This document shows, one piece after another, positions 60,519 through 64,000 of a stretch of 64,000 bases of DNA. Where the stretch lies: NCBI GenBank assembly GCA_029565685.1, contig JAKQNR010000022.1, positions 556,035 through 620,034 on the forward strand, in the 5' to 3' direction. Made by a program: the position numbers and the translations under genes. The notes below the pieces were generated by a model that saw only the letters and a list, made by a program, of their open reading frames with translations, was not told the origin of the DNA and made no database searches. The stretch's first letter is position 1, and every line of letters starts with the position of its first letter. This DNA is from a bacterium. Its GTDB lineage: Bacteria; Zhuqueibacterota; Zhuqueibacteria; Residuimicrobiales; Residuimicrobiaceae.

Positions 60519-61559
60519 TTAATGAGTTGGCCTATTGTTCATATAAAGAACTATCTCCCGCTCCTGTTTCATGGCGCCTGTGGCAGATACATCCGCCAAA
60601 CTGATAGCGGCGGCGGCGGCCGCGAAGCGCAGGCAGTCCGCCAGAGGCCAAGATTGGTGAAGACCATGCAGAATGGCCGCGGAAAAAGCATCCCCTGCAC
60701 CGGTATTTCCCATGTACTCTTGCTCCGGAACGACAAAGTTGGGCTGGACGATCAATCCGGTTTCTCGGCTATAAGCATAATTAGGTCCCCTGCTGCCGCA
60801 GTGTACGACCGCGCAACCTACCTGAAAGGTACGCACCAGGCTTTGGCAGGCCTCGGCTGGATCCGTTCGCCCAGTGAGGGTGCAAGCCTGATCGTCGTTG
60901 ATGCAACAAATATCCAAAAAGTGCAGTGCATCACGATAGCGCAAAAATTTCCAAAGGTTGTCGGCGGTGGGCGTGACAAAATCCAGCGCGGTCCACAATC
61001 CCATCGCCTGCGCTTTCGCCAGGCTGCGCCCCATCACGGCGCCATAGTCCGTATCAGCAAGATCGAACTGAGGCATTAAAAGTCCGTAACCGAACTGGAC
61101 GATCTTGTGACCTTGCAAAACGTTAAAATCGATATCCTTTTCCGAAAAAGAGCCCATTGCGCCGAGAGTATGACGGAAGATGCGTTCGATTGATCCATCC
61201 GGCATCCTGATGTGCACCACCTCGGTGCAGGAGGTCACGTTCTGCATATCCACTATCAGATGTGAATCCGAAATGCCGTTTTCCACCAACTGCCGGCGGA
61301 CAAGCTCCGCCCGATGATCGGTCCCGATTTTGCCTATGACGGTGATTGGATATCCGCCGCCGATTTTGGCCAGATCCAAGCCGACATTCAAGGCCATGCC
61401 GCCGGTGCTGTAAACAAGTTCTTCACCCGCCAATTCCTGCGCATCGACGAATCGGCCGGCGTCGACGTAGGAGAGCTGGCCCGGTGCGATCGCCGGCGTT
61501 AATTCATCCACCACGCAACTTCCGATAAGGGCGATGCCGTTTCTTTTCGCAACCATCAC
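60519..61559 (-). CDS. PfkB-family carbohydrate kinase
   Basis: GGMALN, NTGAGDAFSA. Confidence 0.88.
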   Translation of the reverse strand: MMVAKRNGIALIGSCVVDELTPAIAPGQLSYVDAGRFVDAQELAGEELVYSTGGMALNVGLDLAKIGGGYPITVIGKIGTDHRAELVRRQLVENGISDSHLIVDMQNVTSCTEVVHIRMPDGSIERIFRHTLGAMGSFSEKDIDFNVLQGHKIVQFGYGLLMPQFDLADTDYGAVMGRSLAKAQAMGLWTALDFVTPTADNLWKFLRYRDALHFLDICCINDDQACTLTGRTDPAEACQSLVRTFQVGCAVVHCGSRGPNYAYSRETGLIVQPNFVVPEQEYMGNTGAGDAFSAAILHGLHQSWPLADCLRFAAAAAAISLADVSATGAMKQEREIVLYMNNRPTH

Positions 61560-63319
61560 TGTACACCTTTCTCAGAGTGGAAATCGGATGAAAAAGGAGC
61601 GACCTGCCGGACTAGGGAGGCGTACGATTCAGCGGTTTTGCTCCAGCTGAATCGGCTTGCCTGGAGAAAACCCTGTTGCACCATGGCATAGTAACGATCC
61701 GGCTGATTCCGGTAGAGCGCGCTTGCCTGGATGAGACAGTCGGCCAAAGAGTCGGCCATCGCATTGAACCAGGCATTTTGTTTGCGCAGTGCTGCGATGG
61801 GGGTGGACATAAAAGCTTTGATCCCTTCGGGGCTTGCTGCGTCAACCGGCTCGCGATAAAGCAGTCCGCTTACATTTGCTTCTATTTGATCGATCAGCCC
61901 TCCGGTCGCGCGGGCAATGGTAACCGTGCCGTTGGCCATGTACTCGATGGCGGCGCCGAACGGCTCATAGATCGACGGCATCAGCCCAAAAGTGCTTCCC
62001 GCCTGCAATTCCGCATAGCCCTCTTTCATGCGCATGGGAAATACGGTGAGATTGCCACGGCATTTGCAGGCGACTTGATAAAAATAATCTAAATCCGCTG
62101 CGCGCACCGGCATAGGCGTCAAGACCGCTTTGATCTCGTCTTGGCTGAATTTCTCCAGCGCAGACAACAGCACATCAAATCCTTTTTGCATCAGGTCAAG
62201 ACGGCCGCTCATCACCAAAATCGGCACGTCGTCGGGCAAATCGGCCAACGGTCCTCTCCGCCAGCTGAGTTCGCCGAAACGCTCAGTCGGTTGATAGGCG
62301 TCCAAAATCTGCAACAGCTGATGACGGTTTTTTAACTTGATCTCTCGTAGTTCGTGAAGAGTATGGTTTTCCTTTTTGGGGAACTGGTTGGAAAAGGAAA
62401 TGAACGGTCCGTTATTGACGCCTCGCACTCCATTCTTGAGGAAATAAGACTGCAAATGCGGAGTGAAATGGACGGTCTGCAGAGCATCTTGAGTGAACTC
62501 TTGGGCGAAGGTGTCGCTCACCGTGGTGATGGGCGCATCGATTAGGGAGAGACCGATCTGGTAGGCAGTGGCGCCGGAATAGAGAAACCGACTGACATGA
62601 TCCGCTTTTTCCCGCGGCACCACCTTTTGCAGGGCGGCACAGCTGAGAAACGCGTCATAGGGATTGTGCAGGGTGATCATGGACAGACAGGATTTGACTA
62701 TTCCAGACAGCATCGCCTGTTTGCCGGTAAGCGCCAGCAATGCTGTTTGCCACTCCTGCAAATGCAGGACGCTTCCCTCCTCTAATCCGAGCGCCTGCAA
62801 GGCGTAAGGAACCGCCTGGCAGAAGAAAAGCGAATTTTCCACCAAAGCTTTCTGATTCTCCACCGGCTGGCCAGGATAATAGAGATAGGGATCGCCGATG
62901 GCATTTTGGGCGTTGAAGTAGCCATCCGCTTTGATATAGTACTCTTTCATGCCGTTCTGCGCAGACGCCTGGTTCGGCGGAATAAATTGATACAGCTCAG
63001 TTTGAATCAGGCTGTCGGCAAATGGCACCAACCATTCGTGGCCGGTCTTTTGCAGACGATCGGCGTCCATCAGATGGGGATAATACGGCGTGAACAGCTG
63101 CACCGACTGATACAGACCGAGCGCCTGCGTGTAAGGAAGGATATTGACCGTGACTGCAGCCAGGCCGCCACTTTTGGCGAATCGGTTTTCAAAGGAACAG
63201 TAGCAATAATGGCGGGCGCGAAAATGTCGATAAATTTGGCGAAGTTGTTCCGCCTCTACACCGGTAAAATACAGGCCCAAGCTGCTCCAATCGCGCTCAA
63301 AACCGGAAGGATTATGCAT
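61556..63319 (-). CDS. Glycogen/starch synthase-like glycosyltransferase (GT5)
   Basis: KSGGLA (KxGGL), HLQEWQT, TLHN, QKGFD, MPSIYEPFG, TGGLID. Confidence 0.8.
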   Translation of the reverse strand: MHNPSGFERDWSSLGLYFTGVEAEQLRQIYRHFRARHYCYCSFENRFAKSGGLAAVTVNILPYTQALGLYQSVQLFTPYYPHLMDADRLQKTGHEWLVPFADSLIQTELYQFIPPNQASAQNGMKEYYIKADGYFNAQNAIGDPYLYYPGQPVENQKALVENSLFFCQAVPYALQALGLEEGSVLHLQEWQTALLALTGKQAMLSGIVKSCLSMITLHNPYDAFLSCAALQKVVPREKADHVSRFLYSGATAYQIGLSLIDAPITTVSDTFAQEFTQDALQTVHFTPHLQSYFLKNGVRGVNNGPFISFSNQFPKKENHTLHELREIKLKNRHQLLQILDAYQPTERFGELSWRRGPLADLPDDVPILVMSGRLDLMQKGFDVLLSALEKFSQDEIKAVLTPMPVRAADLDYFYQVACKCRGNLTVFPMRMKEGYAELQAGSTFGLMPSIYEPFGAAIEYMANGTVTIARATGGLIDQIEANVSGLLYREPVDAASPEGIKAFMSTPIAALRKQNAWFNAMADSLADCLIQASALYRNQPDRYYAMVQQGFLQASRFSWSKTAESYASLVRQVAPFSSDFHSEKGVQ

Positions 63320-63345
63320 GCTTACTCCGATGAATTTATTTAAAT

Positions 63346-63374
63346 AGTTTAATCATTTAACGATTGTAATTCAA
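63346..63374 (-). promoter_or_regulatory. Promoter of GT5-pfkB
   Basis: TTGAAT-N17-TAAACT. Confidence 0.5.
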
Positions 63375-63505
63375 GATAATTTTTCCAGGCCGAGATTGCC
63401 GCTGGATCGCAACCCCAGCGATAATTGTCTTGATCTTTTGTCAGGGAAATTTTAGCTTATGACAATGTGGTTTGATTCATTTTTAAAAAATGGCCGGAGG
63501 ACGCT

Positions 63506-64000
63506 ATGTTGATTCGTTCCCTGTTTTACCTCATCCTCACCTTGACGGTTGCCTTCGCCGCAGGCCCGACCATCGTCTTTGAGGAATATTTCAAAGATCA
63601 GTCCCTGCGCATTGATTATTTTCATATCGGCGACGCCCGGGAGGAAACCATCACTATCGACCAGATATACGTTGAGCCGAAATGGCCGGGCAGCACCGTT
63701 CATCTCATTTATCCGTTCGGTTATGGCCGCTATGGCGTCAAAGTGTATAATATATCCAGCAACCAGCTGATCTACTCAAAAGGATTTGATTGCATGTTCG
63801 GCGAGTATAAAACCACCACGCCGGCGCTCGACGGAGTCCAGCGGACGTTTCAACGCTCGTTGCGCATCCCCATGCCTTTACGCCCTATCCTGCTGGTGAT
63901 CGAGCTGCGGGATAAAGACAATATCCCTAAACCGATTTTCAAACAGAGGATCGATCCGAATGATTATCATATCCTACGTGAAACCGCATCTGCGGGGGAG
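63506..64000 (+). CDS. Peptidase M64 (IgA peptidase) family, N-terminal part (3' truncated)
   Basis: GGAGG RBS; signal peptide; FKDQSLRIDYFHIGD...IYSKGF..FGEY...RIPMP. Confidence 0.8.
   Translation, partial: MLIRSLFYLILTLTVAFAAGPTIVFEEYFKDQSLRIDYFHIGDAREETITIDQIYVEPKWPGSTVHLIYPFGYGRYGVKVYNISSNQLIYSKGFDCMFGEYKTTTPALDGVQRTFQRSLRIPMPLRPILLVIELRDKDNIPKPIFKQRIDPNDYHILRETASAGE

Overview
64-kb window of mostly housekeeping chromosome from a Gram-negative bacterium. PorV-like barrels and T9SS/FlgD-type C-terminal domains suggest an FCB-group lineage such as KSB1, Calditrichaeota or Ignavibacteria (inference). It holds the thrS-infC-rpmI-rplT-pheST-zapB-like-zapA-rny-ymdB-folD block, leuS, ispG, tdh/kbl, 7 tRNAs, a DtxR-feoAB-TonB receptor iron locus, mrfAB and three tandem URO-D-family genes. 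No transposase, integrase or CRISPR array was seen. The top finding is a four-gene redox cluster at 6.7-8.8 kb that the ORF track misses or truncates. Two adjacent small genes each carry an in-frame UGA followed by a SECIS-like hairpin: a 48-aa membrane protein with U-MSGA-C and an FmdB zinc ribbon ending GFS-U-AS. They precede a CoA-disulfide-reductase-like flavoprotein and a small membrane protein with the matching C-RSGA-C motif. Other findings: two different 6S-type RNAs (186 nt orphan; 110 nt between zapA and rny), a TonB receptor / CTD protein / PorV cassette lacking SusD and preceded by a possible leader-peptide attenuator, and a coupled URO-D x3 / PEP-utiliser / MrfAB / AlaX operon. 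All calls are by eye; no database or folding program was run.
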